Shown here: positions 30,543 to 39,121 of the stretch, piece after piece
How positions within the stretch are numbered: the stretch's first letter is position 1
How the letters are laid out: each line of letters starts with the position of its first letter
Assembly (NCBI GenBank): GCA_009692435.1
Contig: SHZE01000001.1
Location: 13,243-77,242 of the forward strand
DNA: 64,000 nucleotides
Source of the DNA: Deltaproteobacteria bacterium
GTDB lineage: Bacteria; Desulfobacterota; Binatia; Bin18
Direction: 5' to 3'
Translations under genes and position numbers: made by a program
Notes under the pieces: generated by a model
Seen by the model: only the letters and a program-made list of their open reading frames with translations
Told to the model about the DNA's origin: nothing
The model's database searches: none

Positions 30543-30576
30543 ATAGTGTTCCTAATGAATGTGACTGAGGTGATTT

Positions 30577-30600
30577 TGTCAACATCCTTGGCGGTTGACA
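30577..30600. promoter_or_regulatory. Palindrome TGTCAAC-N10-GTTGACA overlapping a TTGACA -35 hexamer upstream of maoC-glcDEF
   Basis: Perfect 7-bp inverted repeat, 47 nt upstream of the maoC start; candidate operator (GntR/FadR-type half-sites GTnnAC). Confidence 0.3.
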
Positions 30601-30646
30601 TGATCTTCAGAACCCATAACACTGCCCCGCACGAAAAGGAGCACGC

Positions 30647-31099
30647 ATGGCAGTAGAATTTTTTGAGGACTTTGTCATTGGCGCGGAGTATTCCACGCAT
30701 GCACGGACCATTACCGAAACCGACATCGTGACATTCGTGAACTTGTTCGGCTTTCATGAGCCGCTGTTCATCGACATGGAATTTGTCAAGAATAACAGTC
30801 TGTTCGGTAGCCGCATCGCTCCGGGGTCGTTCACGTTCGCGCTCTCTGAAGGGATGACCATTCAATCGGGCTTGGTGCGTGGCGGCATGGCGCTGTTAGG
30901 TGTTGACGAAATGAAGATTCCCGCACCGCTCCGTTGCGGGGATACGGTTCATATCAAAGTTAAAGTATTAGAGAAACGAGAAACCTCGAAATCTGATCGT
31001 GGAATTGTTACCTCCGAACAGCAAGTGCTTAACCAGAAGGGCGAGGTTCTGTTGCAGTACACCGTCAAACGTATGATTCGCCGGAAGCCGAAGAGCTAG
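30647..31099 (+). CDS. MaoC-family (R)-specific enoyl-CoA hydratase/dehydratase (single hotdog)
   Basis: 150-aa hotdog-fold protein with the MaoC-like region FGFHEPLFIDMEF...RIAPGSF. Confidence 0.6.
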   Translation: MAVEFFEDFVIGAEYSTHARTITETDIVTFVNLFGFHEPLFIDMEFVKNNSLFGSRIAPGSFTFALSEGMTIQSGLVRGGMALLGVDEMKIPAPLRCGDTVHIKVKVLEKRETSKSDRGIVTSEQQVLNQKGEVLLQYTVKRMIRRKPKS

Positions 31100-31128
31100 T
31101 CTCGACGAAGCAGCAAAGGTCATTCGCT

Positions 31129-32553
31129 ATGGATACCGCGTTTATTGCCCAACTCGCTGCCATTGTCGGCCCTGACGGCGTGGTCTCGAACAAGACGGCA
31201 CTTTCCGTGTATGACTGCGACGGGTACACGCTGGAAAAATCCACACCTGACCTCGTCGTTCTTCCCCGATCCACCGGGGAAGTGGTTGCCGTGGTGAAAT
31301 TGCTCCACAAAGAGAAGATCGCCTTTGTACCTCGCGGCGCAGGCACTGGTCTCAGCGGAGGCTGCTTACCGGTCGAAGCTCCGGTGATGATCGGGACGAG
31401 CAGGATGAATAAGATTCTGCACATCGACCTGGTCAATCGTTACATGGTAGCGCAAGCAGGTGTGGTCAACCTTTGGGTGAGCAACGCCGTGAAGAGCCAA
31501 GGGTTTCAGTATGCTCCTGATCCATCCAGCCAACAGGCGTGCACGATTGGTGGGAATGTCGCCGAAAACTCAGGTGGCCCGCACACGCTCAAATATGGCG
31601 TTACCACGAACCACGTGTTGGGAGTGGAACTGGTATTGCCCGACGGCGAGGTGGTTCAGCTCGGTGGTGTTGTTGACGATGTCCTAGGATACGATCTGCG
31701 GGGCATCACTATTGGTGCGGAAGGAACCTTTGGTATCGTCACCCAAGCGACACTGCGTCTCACCCGACAACCACAGGCGTATCGCACCTTTCTCGTGGTG
31801 TTCGAGACCGTTCCCCAAGCGACGCAAACGGTATCCGATGTCATCGCCGCGGGCATTATCCCCGCTGCCTTGGAGATGATGGATAACCTGATGATCCAGG
31901 CGGTCGAAGCGGCCTTTCACGTTGGTTTTCCCACGGATGCGGGCGCCGTCCTCATCATTGAGCTTGATGGGCTGGAAGCAGGACTCGATCCACAAACGAA
32001 AAAAATCATGGCGATCTGTGAACGCAATGCGGCACGGGAAGTCCGGCTTGCGCAGGATGAAGCTGAACGCACGGCATTATGGAAAAGCCGTAAACGGGCG
32101 ATTGGCGCGGCTGGCCGTCTTGCCCCAAACTATTGCACGCAGGATGGTGTCGTTCCACGGACTAAAGTGCCTGACATCTTGGCGGCCATTGCCCGGATCA
32201 GTGAAAAATATCAGCTACGCATTGGGAACGTATTTCACGCCGGTGATGGGAACATTCATCCCATTCTGTTGTTCGATGAACGCAATACCGAGGAGACCGA
32301 GCGAGTCTTGAAAGCCGGACGGGAAATCTTGCAAGCTTGCGTCGATCTTGGCGGTAGTCTTACTGGTGAGCATGGCATTGGCGTCGAGAAGATGGGACAG
32401 ATGTCGTTGATTTTTACTCCTGAAGATATGCTGGCGATGACCCAGGTCCGCGCAGTCTTTAATCCGGAGAATCGTTGTAACCCGCATAAAATTTTCCCAA
32501 CACCACACGGATGTATCGATACGCGCGTCCCACGGCGGCAAGCCTCGCTGTGA
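31129..32553 (+). CDS. glcD: Glycolate oxidase FAD-linked subunit GlcD
   Basis: FAD-binding PCMH domain (VVLPRSTGEVVAVVKL..., RGAGTGLSGG) and C-terminal FAD-oxidase domain; first gene of a glcD-E-F triad. Confidence 0.85.
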   Translation: MDTAFIAQLAAIVGPDGVVSNKTALSVYDCDGYTLEKSTPDLVVLPRSTGEVVAVVKLLHKEKIAFVPRGAGTGLSGGCLPVEAPVMIGTSRMNKILHIDLVNRYMVAQAGVVNLWVSNAVKSQGFQYAPDPSSQQACTIGGNVAENSGGPHTLKYGVTTNHVLGVELVLPDGEVVQLGGVVDDVLGYDLRGITIGAEGTFGIVTQATLRLTRQPQAYRTFLVVFETVPQATQTVSDVIAAGIIPAALEMMDNLMIQAVEAAFHVGFPTDAGAVLIIELDGLEAGLDPQTKKIMAICERNAAREVRLAQDEAERTALWKSRKRAIGAAGRLAPNYCTQDGVVPRTKVPDILAAIARISEKYQLRIGNVFHAGDGNIHPILLFDERNTEETERVLKAGREILQACVDLGGSLTGEHGIGVEKMGQMSLIFTPEDMLAMTQVRAVFNPENRCNPHKIFPTPHGCIDTRVPRRQASL

Positions 32554-32580
32554 ACAGAGCCGGGCAATGAGGACTGAGTC

Positions 32581-33825
32581 ATGAGTGGTGGCGAAAACGG
32601 GGCGCGCTTTGTTATCGACGGACGTGAACCGAAAGAGGTGATGTTTCCTGAGAGCGTCGAACAAGCCGCGGGGATGTTATATACCGCCGCTGAGCACCAG
32701 CGGGCGGTCAGCCCAGTTGGGATCGGTGCGTTTCTTCATATTGGTGGCCTTCCCCGGCGCTATGATCTCGCGCTCTGCCTGCAACGCATGAATCGGGTCC
32801 TCGATTATCAACCGACGGATATGACCGTTTCTGTTGAGGCTGGAATCCCGCTTGCCGGACTGCAACAAGTCTTAGAAGAGCAGAATCAATGGTTGCCGAT
32901 TGATCCACCGTGGCCGGAGCGAGTGACGGTCGGTGGGTTGATCGCGATGAACCTCAGTGGGCCATCGCGACTGTCGCAGGGAACCATCCGTGATTTTCTT
33001 ATTGGGATTAAGGTGATTCGCGCCGATGGGACCGTGATCAAAAGTGGCGGACGTGTGGTCAAAAATGTCGCTGGATACGATCTCGCCAAGTTGTACTGTG
33101 GTTCATTTGGGACACTCGGTGTGATTGCTGAAGCCACATTCAAGATCCGTCCACGACCAGAGGCACAGACGGTGGTGTCCTTTCTCTTTCCTTCGGCTGA
33201 GCAGGCGATGGCGGTGGTATTGGGAGTGCTCGGTACCGAACTGCAACCGACCCTGCTCGAATTGGCGAACTCTGCCGTGGGCGGTGGGCAACGGAGTGAC
33301 CGCTCTTCGTATCAGCTCTTTATTGGTTTCTCTGGAAGTGCGGAAGAAATCACTTATCAACACGGACGCCTCCAAGAAATTGCGGGAACCAGTGCCGAGA
33401 AGCACCCCACTCTGTCCGAAGCCATCCGAGACTTTCCGGTCAGTGGAGAAGCAGCACTCCGATGCAAAGTGAACTTGCTGCCTTCACAGATCGCCGCTTT
33501 CTGCAAAGCGGTAGAGGAAGAGGCCCTTGTCCGCGACCTGTCAGTGGAGATTGTCGCACACGCCGGAAACGGCATCCTTTATTGTCGGCTCCCACAGCGG
33601 GATAACCCCCCACAAGAAAAGCTCTTGTCGTTCGTTGATTGGATCCGGATTCTCGCCAAGAAACTGGGAGGGTCCGTGGTGATTGAAGCGATTGATCCGG
33701 CACTCAAAGACCGCGTCGATGTCTGGGGACATGTGGGGAGCAGTTTTCCACTGATGAAGCGACTGAAGGAAACGCTCGATCCGCAAGGGATGCTCAACCC
33801 TGGACGGTTTGTAGGGGGAATCTAA
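32581..33825 (+). CDS. glcE: Glycolate oxidase FAD-binding subunit GlcE
   Basis: FAD_binding_4-type domain (GGRVVKNVAGYDLAKL) in the conserved middle position of glcDEF. Confidence 0.7.
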   Translation: MSGGENGARFVIDGREPKEVMFPESVEQAAGMLYTAAEHQRAVSPVGIGAFLHIGGLPRRYDLALCLQRMNRVLDYQPTDMTVSVEAGIPLAGLQQVLEEQNQWLPIDPPWPERVTVGGLIAMNLSGPSRLSQGTIRDFLIGIKVIRADGTVIKSGGRVVKNVAGYDLAKLYCGSFGTLGVIAEATFKIRPRPEAQTVVSFLFPSAEQAMAVVLGVLGTELQPTLLELANSAVGGGQRSDRSSYQLFIGFSGSAEEITYQHGRLQEIAGTSAEKHPTLSEAIRDFPVSGEAALRCKVNLLPSQIAAFCKAVEEEALVRDLSVEIVAHAGNGILYCRLPQRDNPPQEKLLSFVDWIRILAKKLGGSVVIEAIDPALKDRVDVWGHVGSSFPLMKRLKETLDPQGMLNPGRFVGGI

Positions 33826-33883
33826 CGATTGCGGATTGTTGATTGCGGACTTTCGATTGAAAAGCTGACAACTGATAACGCTT

Positions 33884-35143
33884 ATGCCTCAAACCAACTT
33901 CGTCGACTACGAAAAATTCTTCGATTGTGTTCACTGTGGCCTGTGTCTGTCCTTCTGTCCTACGTATGTCGAACTCGGGACAGAGATGGACTCGCCTCGT
34001 GGCCGCATTGCCACGATGCGTTCACTGCACGAGGGAAAATTCCCGCTTGATGCCGAGGTGGTCCGTCATTTGGACCTCTGTTTAGGGTGTCGTGCCTGTG
34101 AGACCGCCTGTCCTTCCGGGGTGCACTACGGCGAGCTGATAGAAAGCGCGCGCTCGTTCATTGAGGAACAATATCGTCGCCCGTTGCTTGATCGCCTCAA
34201 ACGCTGGACCATCGACAAAGTTTTCCCTAATCCGCTCGGCGTGCGCGTGTTTGCGTCCATGCTCAAGTTAGGGTCGGCCTTGGGCCTGAGCCGTCTCGCT
34301 CGTTCAGACAAGCTTCCTCAACAACTCCGGTCCTGGTTCAGCATGGTGCCCGAGCGTGGCAGTGTGTCCTCGGCCACACTCCTCGAACACTATCCAGCGA
34401 TTGGCGAGAAACGGTACACAGTCGCGGTGCTTTCTGGGTGTGTCATGCCCGCGTTGTTTGGGGCGACGAATGAAGCCACGGTCAAAGTGCTACGCCATAA
34501 TGGTTGCGAGGTAGTGGTGCCGAAAGCACAGGGGTGTTGCGGCGCTCTGCTGCTGCACAATGGCAACAAGCCGGACGGTCTCGCGCGGGCTCGTCAGACG
34601 ATTGATGTTTTTAACGGATTGAACGTTGACGCGCTCATTATCAATGCCGCTGGCTGTGGCGCAATGATGAAAGAGTATGGCGAGCTGTTCAAAGACGATC
34701 CGGTCTACCGTGAGAAAGCTCAGCGGGTGGCGGCAAAGGTTAAGGATGTGACGGAGTTTCTCGGCGGCATTCCGCTCATACCGCCCTCGCGTGAGGTGAA
34801 GAAGAGCGTGACCTATCACGATGCTTGCCATCTCGCCCACGGCCAAAATGTGCGCTCGCAGCCACGTGCCCTGTTGCGGGCGATTCCTGGGCTTCAAATC
34901 ATGGAATTGCAAGAATCAGACTGGTGCTGCGGCAGTGCGGGGACCTACAACCTGACCGAGCCAGCAATGGCGCGTCGGCTGCTCGACAAGAAAATGGCGA
35001 ATATCGAAGCGACCGAAGCCGAACTGGTGGTGATGGGGAATCCCGGCTGTCTCATGCAAATTCGTGCCGGGTTGCAGCAACGGGGATTGTCGATAAAGGC
35101 TGTGCATACGGTAGATTTGTTGGCCGAAGCATACGAAGGGTAG
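33884..35143 (+). CDS. glcF: Glycolate oxidase iron-sulfur subunit GlcF
   Basis: Two 4Fe-4S ferredoxin motifs (CVHCGLCLSFCPTY; CLGCRACETACPSG) and two CCG cysteine-rich domains. Confidence 0.85.
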   Translation: MPQTNFVDYEKFFDCVHCGLCLSFCPTYVELGTEMDSPRGRIATMRSLHEGKFPLDAEVVRHLDLCLGCRACETACPSGVHYGELIESARSFIEEQYRRPLLDRLKRWTIDKVFPNPLGVRVFASMLKLGSALGLSRLARSDKLPQQLRSWFSMVPERGSVSSATLLEHYPAIGEKRYTVAVLSGCVMPALFGATNEATVKVLRHNGCEVVVPKAQGCCGALLLHNGNKPDGLARARQTIDVFNGLNVDALIINAAGCGAMMKEYGELFKDDPVYREKAQRVAAKVKDVTEFLGGIPLIPPSREVKKSVTYHDACHLAHGQNVRSQPRALLRAIPGLQIMELQESDWCCGSAGTYNLTEPAMARRLLDKKMANIEATEAELVVMGNPGCLMQIRAGLQQRGLSIKAVHTVDLLAEAYEG

Positions 35144-35199
35144 ACGTGAAACGTAAAACGTAACCACTCCCTTCTTTTCTTTACGTTTTACGCTTTATT
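35144..35199. repeat. ACGTAAA-unit palindromic element (family member 4 of 5)
   Basis: GACGTGAAACGTAAAACGTAA ... TTACGTTTTACGCTTTATT inverted repeat immediately after the glcF stop. Confidence 0.6.
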
Positions 35200-35215
35200 G
35201 ATAGGGCGAGAATCT

Positions 35216-36151
35216 ATGGCAACACAACGACTCTTCACCCAAGCCGAACTCGATGTTCTATGTCTTCCTGGGGAGGGACGATTTTTCCCGGCGCTCGATA
35301 GTGGAGATACAGCACACGCGAAAGCAGTCTATGCGGATGTCGAAGCTGCGTTCCGCGAATTTCACGACATCTATCATAAATGGGTGGCGACGATTCTTGA
35401 ATTTCTCTATGAGCGCCACGGTCATGAGGCGATGGCAAAATCCTTGCCTCTCGAGAAGATGCTTGCCGGTGCATTCCGGATGGGAATGACATTGGAGCAA
35501 GTGCTGACAGCGGACTCGGCTCCACAGCAACGGATGGCAGCGCTCATTGACGCTGGTGACACGACTGGAGCAAAAAAGTTCTTTCGCGAAGTTGAAAAAG
35601 CGTGCCGCGACCTGCACGACTTCTATCGAGATTGGGTGACTTCTCTGCTCTCGCATGTCTATCGTGAATATGGGGTTGATGCCTTGGAGCAGTGTCTCCG
35701 CTCTAGCAGTGAAAAAGGCTGGATGCCGTGGATGATGGAGGACATCACCCATGATACGAAAACCCGGCTACGCGATTGGACCCGTCTCTTAGCGGTTGGT
35801 AACTTCGCGACTTTCTCAATAGCAGAGGATGACGAGAAGTTTGTCATCACCCAAAACCCTTGTGGCAGTTGTGGTCGTCAGCAGCAGGATGGGCGCTACG
35901 ATCCACCGTGGCATCTCGCGGTCATCAAAGAGCCCCATCCGATTACGTTCACTCATGGTGATGTGACTGCGTATCGCACGCACATTGCGGTTATGCACAC
36001 GATCATGCCGATTGAGCGTATCGGTGCTCCATGGCCAGTGATCCAATGCCCTCGAACGAAAGAGGAGAAATGTCAGATTCTGCTCTATAAAAATCCTCGC
36101 CAAGCGGCGCCCGAACATTATGCAATGGTGGGGATGCAGAAGCCCCTATAG
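35216..36151 (+). CDS. Hypothetical protein with an internal tandem duplication and a C-terminal Cys/His-rich region
   Basis: Two homologous about 60-aa helical segments (AKAVYADVEAAFREFHDIYHKWVATILEFLYERHGHEAM vs AKKFFREVEKACRDLHDFYRDWVTSLLSHVYREYGVDAL), then CGSCGR...HGD...H...C. No family recognised. Confidence 0.35.
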   Translation: MATQRLFTQAELDVLCLPGEGRFFPALDSGDTAHAKAVYADVEAAFREFHDIYHKWVATILEFLYERHGHEAMAKSLPLEKMLAGAFRMGMTLEQVLTADSAPQQRMAALIDAGDTTGAKKFFREVEKACRDLHDFYRDWVTSLLSHVYREYGVDALEQCLRSSSEKGWMPWMMEDITHDTKTRLRDWTRLLAVGNFATFSIAEDDEKFVITQNPCGSCGRQQQDGRYDPPWHLAVIKEPHPITFTHGDVTAYRTHIAVMHTIMPIERIGAPWPVIQCPRTKEEKCQILLYKNPRQAAPEHYAMVGMQKPL

Positions 36152-36211
36152 GAAAAAAAGAATGTCGCTGCTCAGTATCACCCGTGGGTGAGAGACAGCA
36201 AGGAGTCGTTC

Positions 36212-36844
36212 ATGAAGCTCTACACCTTCCAAGTTGCTCCCAATCCGACAAAGGTTCGTCTTTACCTTGCAGAGAAAGTTGCGGGTGGAGCTGTGATCGA
36301 TATTCCCCAAGTCTCAGTCAATCTTCCCAAGGGAGAGCAGCGGAAACCGGAACACTTGGCTCGTAATCCGCTGGGCAGACTTCCAGTGTTGGAGCTGAAC
36401 GATGGGTCTTGTCTGACTGAGTCACTAACCATCATCGAATATCTGGAAGAGTGTTATCCACACCCAGCGATGATTGGACGGTCTCCGTTGGAGCGTGCCC
36501 GAGTCCGTGAGGTCGAGCGAATTGCCGAACTCGGTGTGTTGCTGCCCATTGGCCGCATTATTCATGCAACAAACTCTCCGATCGGGTTACCTCCGAATCC
36601 AGAGGTCGCTGCCCATTTTCGTAAGATACTGCCGGAGGGATTACGGCTGTTAGATACTCGACTCTCTGATGGGCGGCCATTTGTTGCAGGGGATTGTCCC
36701 ACTATTGCGGACTGTACGCTCGCGGCGGCCCTTCAGTTTGCCCGCTTTGGCAAGGTGGAGATTGATCCGACGTTCACGCACCTACTGCACTGGGATGCTC
36801 GCTATCGTGAGCGCGCAGCGGCGAAGTCGGCGCTGACGTTGTAG
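36212..36844 (+). CDS. Glutathione S-transferase
   Basis: GST N-terminal thioredoxin-like fold (MKLYTFQVAPNPTKVRLYLAEK, RNPLGRLPVLEL) and a C-terminal helical domain. Confidence 0.7.
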   Translation: MKLYTFQVAPNPTKVRLYLAEKVAGGAVIDIPQVSVNLPKGEQRKPEHLARNPLGRLPVLELNDGSCLTESLTIIEYLEECYPHPAMIGRSPLERARVREVERIAELGVLLPIGRIIHATNSPIGLPPNPEVAAHFRKILPEGLRLLDTRLSDGRPFVAGDCPTIADCTLAAALQFARFGKVEIDPTFTHLLHWDARYRERAAAKSALTL

Positions 36845-36882
36845 TGCTACGGACGTGTGGGGAGTCTGTACTGAGAAGAGGA

Positions 36883-36924
36883 TGCCCCCGGCGCGATTCG
36901 AACGCACGACCCAGGATTAGGAAT
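36883..36924 (-). repeat. Direct repeat of the 3' half of tRNA-Arg (anticodon loop to 3' end); putative att site of an integrated islet
   Basis: tgcccccggcgcgattcgaacgcacgacc(a)caggattaggaat is identical (one 1-nt indel) to 38974-39016, then the two sequences diverge. Confidence 0.7.
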
Positions 36925-37031
36925 ACGAATACCACATGAGAACCGTGTCTCTACGCTTTGAGTTTTGCGGCAAGTCCTTTCTTGAGCTTCATTCGATCAA
37001 GACGCCCAGCGTTGACAGCTCCTTGTATGAG

Positions 37032-37445
37032 CTAGGTCATTTCTTTCTCTGGAATTCGGGCGGTCTCCCCTTTTTCCGCGATAGTTCTGATGAGTGCTAT
37101 CAGTTTGGGGTCTGAAAGCTCAACAAGATCACGATGCCAACAGGTATTAGCCTCCTGGTCAGGGGTGTCCCCGACCGTTTGCTCAACCTTGATGCTGAGC
37201 GTCGTCAGCAGCGCTTCGTCAACGAGCGCATAATCGAAGTTCGAGAAAAAATCTCTTGTAGAGGCGAGAGCAATGACGACCTGTTCCAGGTTTGACCTGT
37301 CGTCCTCGATATACCAAACCGAGAGGGTTGAGTTCTCTGGCACAAAGTCTTCAAGGGGACCGTTCCGTATCTGATCATCCGTCGGAGAAGTCCCCATGAT
37401 CTCGTGCCATCTCCCCTTACGGATACTCCGTAGGAGAAACGGCAC
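37032..37445 (-). CDS. Hypothetical protein (islet gene 3 of 3)
   Basis: 137 aa, acidic, no recognisable motif; its 5' end overlaps the upstream gene by 29 nt. Confidence 0.4.
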   Translation of the reverse strand: MPFLLRSIRKGRWHEIMGTSPTDDQIRNGPLEDFVPENSTLSVWYIEDDRSNLEQVVIALASTRDFFSNFDYALVDEALLTTLSIKVEQTVGDTPDQEANTCWHRDLVELSDPKLIALIRTIAEKGETARIPEKEMT

Positions 37446-38112
37446 TACGGGTGCTCTCTAGTTGATAGTGTACTTGTTTTAAGTCTTCACGAAGCGAGGC
37501 ATACTTTTCGTGATCAATTGCCTGCCGCAGATAGGGAATTGCGTGTGGGTCATCAAGAGACGCTAGCCCTAGCGCTGCCCCGTCTCGCACCAACACCGAG
37601 GTGCTAAACAGGCTTCTTTCCAGCAACCACAAGCGATCATGATGGGACAAAGGATGATCCACACGACCAAGCCAACGTAGCGTTTCCGCTGCGACTTCTG
37701 CGTTAACGTTGTCGTTGACAGTCAAGGAAGTGATTACCGCCATTGCCGTCTTTCCGTACTGCCTTACCAGATGTACTAACTCCCTGGAGAAGTCGTTCTC
37801 CATCCCGTCCTCGAAAGTAAGGCTTCGTGCTTCCCGGAAAAGAGCCTTGAGAATTTTTCCCAATGGTTCCTCTTGGGTGATTATGTTTCCTGGTCTTTCT
37901 TGGGAGAATAGGTCGATTTCTTCTAGCAGTTCACGCTGGGTAGTCGTGTTGTCTTTACTCACGAGGCTCGTCCGAACAACCGTTAAATCCTCTTTTGAAT
38001 CTCCCGTGAGTATGAGGTAGTGAGCAGAGTCCCATACTCGTTGTGGCTTGTAAAAGCTGTGAACTGCCAAGTCCGTTCCTGCTGTTGAAGAAGGAACCAT
38101 GTCGGGTCTCAT
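37417..38112 (-). CDS. Hypothetical protein with C-terminal HEAT-like (PBS-lyase type) repeats (islet gene 2 of 3)
   Basis: Repeats of the form AAxALGxLxDPxAIPYLRQAI (AEVAAETLRWLGRVDHP; DGAALGLASLDDPHAIPYLRQAI); 4-nt ATGA overlap with the upstream gene. Confidence 0.4.
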   Translation of the reverse strand: MRPDMVPSSTAGTDLAVHSFYKPQRVWDSAHYLILTGDSKEDLTVVRTSLVSKDNTTTQRELLEEIDLFSQERPGNIITQEEPLGKILKALFREARSLTFEDGMENDFSRELVHLVRQYGKTAMAVITSLTVNDNVNAEVAAETLRWLGRVDHPLSHHDRLWLLERSLFSTSVLVRDGAALGLASLDDPHAIPYLRQAIDHEKYASLREDLKQVHYQLESTRSAVSPTEYP

Positions 38113-38894
38113 GGAATATCCCCTTCTCTAGCGATTTCCTGTCCGAGGGTCACTAACTCGTTAAAGATTTGGCCTAACTGATCTTGTGGCAAGTCCCCTG
38201 GAAAATCCGGGTGGGTGTTAATATCCAATTCTAATCGACAACCCGTACCCTTTTGATGAAACCTAAATCTCGCCTCTGGGACCAACGGAAGTTCAGCTAT
38301 TGCCCAAAAAGACACGGACCATTTGGAAAGACGATTGATCCTAAGTCCTGCAATCGCCGAACTGGAGTTTCTTGCACGATTGATTTGATAGAGAAAATCA
38401 CTTGCTCCTTCACCTTCAAGGGCGAGTTGTAGACCGGGAAGATACGCGGCAAGCTGTCGGTACCCGGTTTGCTGATCATCAACAGGCTGCCAGAGTGTTG
38501 CTCCGAAGGCTAGCCGTTGTGTAACAGGACACTCCCTAGATTCTAACCACCGGGTCATAAGCTGGGGAAAAATATTCAGTGATTCAGGGAGAGGGCCAAT
38601 CATTGTAGGTCCTCCTCTCTCTGACTCCGCATTGTCTGCTGCACGATAAAGCCAATCAACCCGAGACGGCTGAATGGTAAGGATTAGCCTTCTGTCCGCA
38701 AAAGAGCCCTCTTCGCGTCGTATTCCCAGTTTCCGCTGCGTCACTTGTGTTTCTGAAGGTTCCCCAACGAGAGACGTCCACCAGCGGGGTTCAGCCTCGA
38801 TTTGAGCAGCAGGACTGAGAAAGGCAGTCATCCTCATACTTTCCACTTCCCATGCGGAGAGTGGGGGGCGCGCTAGTGTTTTTATCGCAGTCAT
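38109..38894 (-). CDS. Hypothetical protein (islet gene 1 of 3)
   Basis: 261 aa; no ATPase, nuclease or other motif recognised. An AT-rich promoter-like region (TTGAGA-N17-TAAAAT on the - strand, about 38920-38950) lies between it and the tRNA. Confidence 0.4.
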   Translation of the reverse strand: MTAIKTLARPPLSAWEVESMRMTAFLSPAAQIEAEPRWWTSLVGEPSETQVTQRKLGIRREEGSFADRRLILTIQPSRVDWLYRAADNAESERGGPTMIGPLPESLNIFPQLMTRWLESRECPVTQRLAFGATLWQPVDDQQTGYRQLAAYLPGLQLALEGEGASDFLYQINRARNSSSAIAGLRINRLSKWSVSFWAIAELPLVPEARFRFHQKGTGCRLELDINTHPDFPGDLPQDQLGQIFNELVTLGQEIAREGDIP

Positions 38895-38973
38895 GTGTTT
38901 CTCGTGGAAACCGAAAATTAATAATTTACGAAATTTTATCGGTATTGGGGATAAGTCTCAACCTCGAAAAAAA

Positions 38974-39047
38974 TGCCCCCGGCGCGATTCGAACGCACGA
39001 CCACAGGATTAGGAATCCTGTGCTCTATCCACCTGAGCTACGGGGGC
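38974..39047 (-). tRNA. tRNA-Arg (anticodon CCT)
   Basis: Reverse complement folds as a 74-nt cloverleaf: acceptor stem GCCCCCG/CGGGGGC, D-arm GCTC..GAGC, anticodon arm CAGGA-TTCCTAA-TCCTG (anticodon CCU), T-arm GTGCG-TTCGAAT-CGCGC, discriminator A; CCA not encoded. Confidence 0.85.
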
Positions 39048-39121
39048 TCGAGGCGAGAGCTGGGGATACTATCCGAAAGGTGAGCACTCCGGCAAGCCTT
39101 GCCTCGCGCCGATAACGGCTT

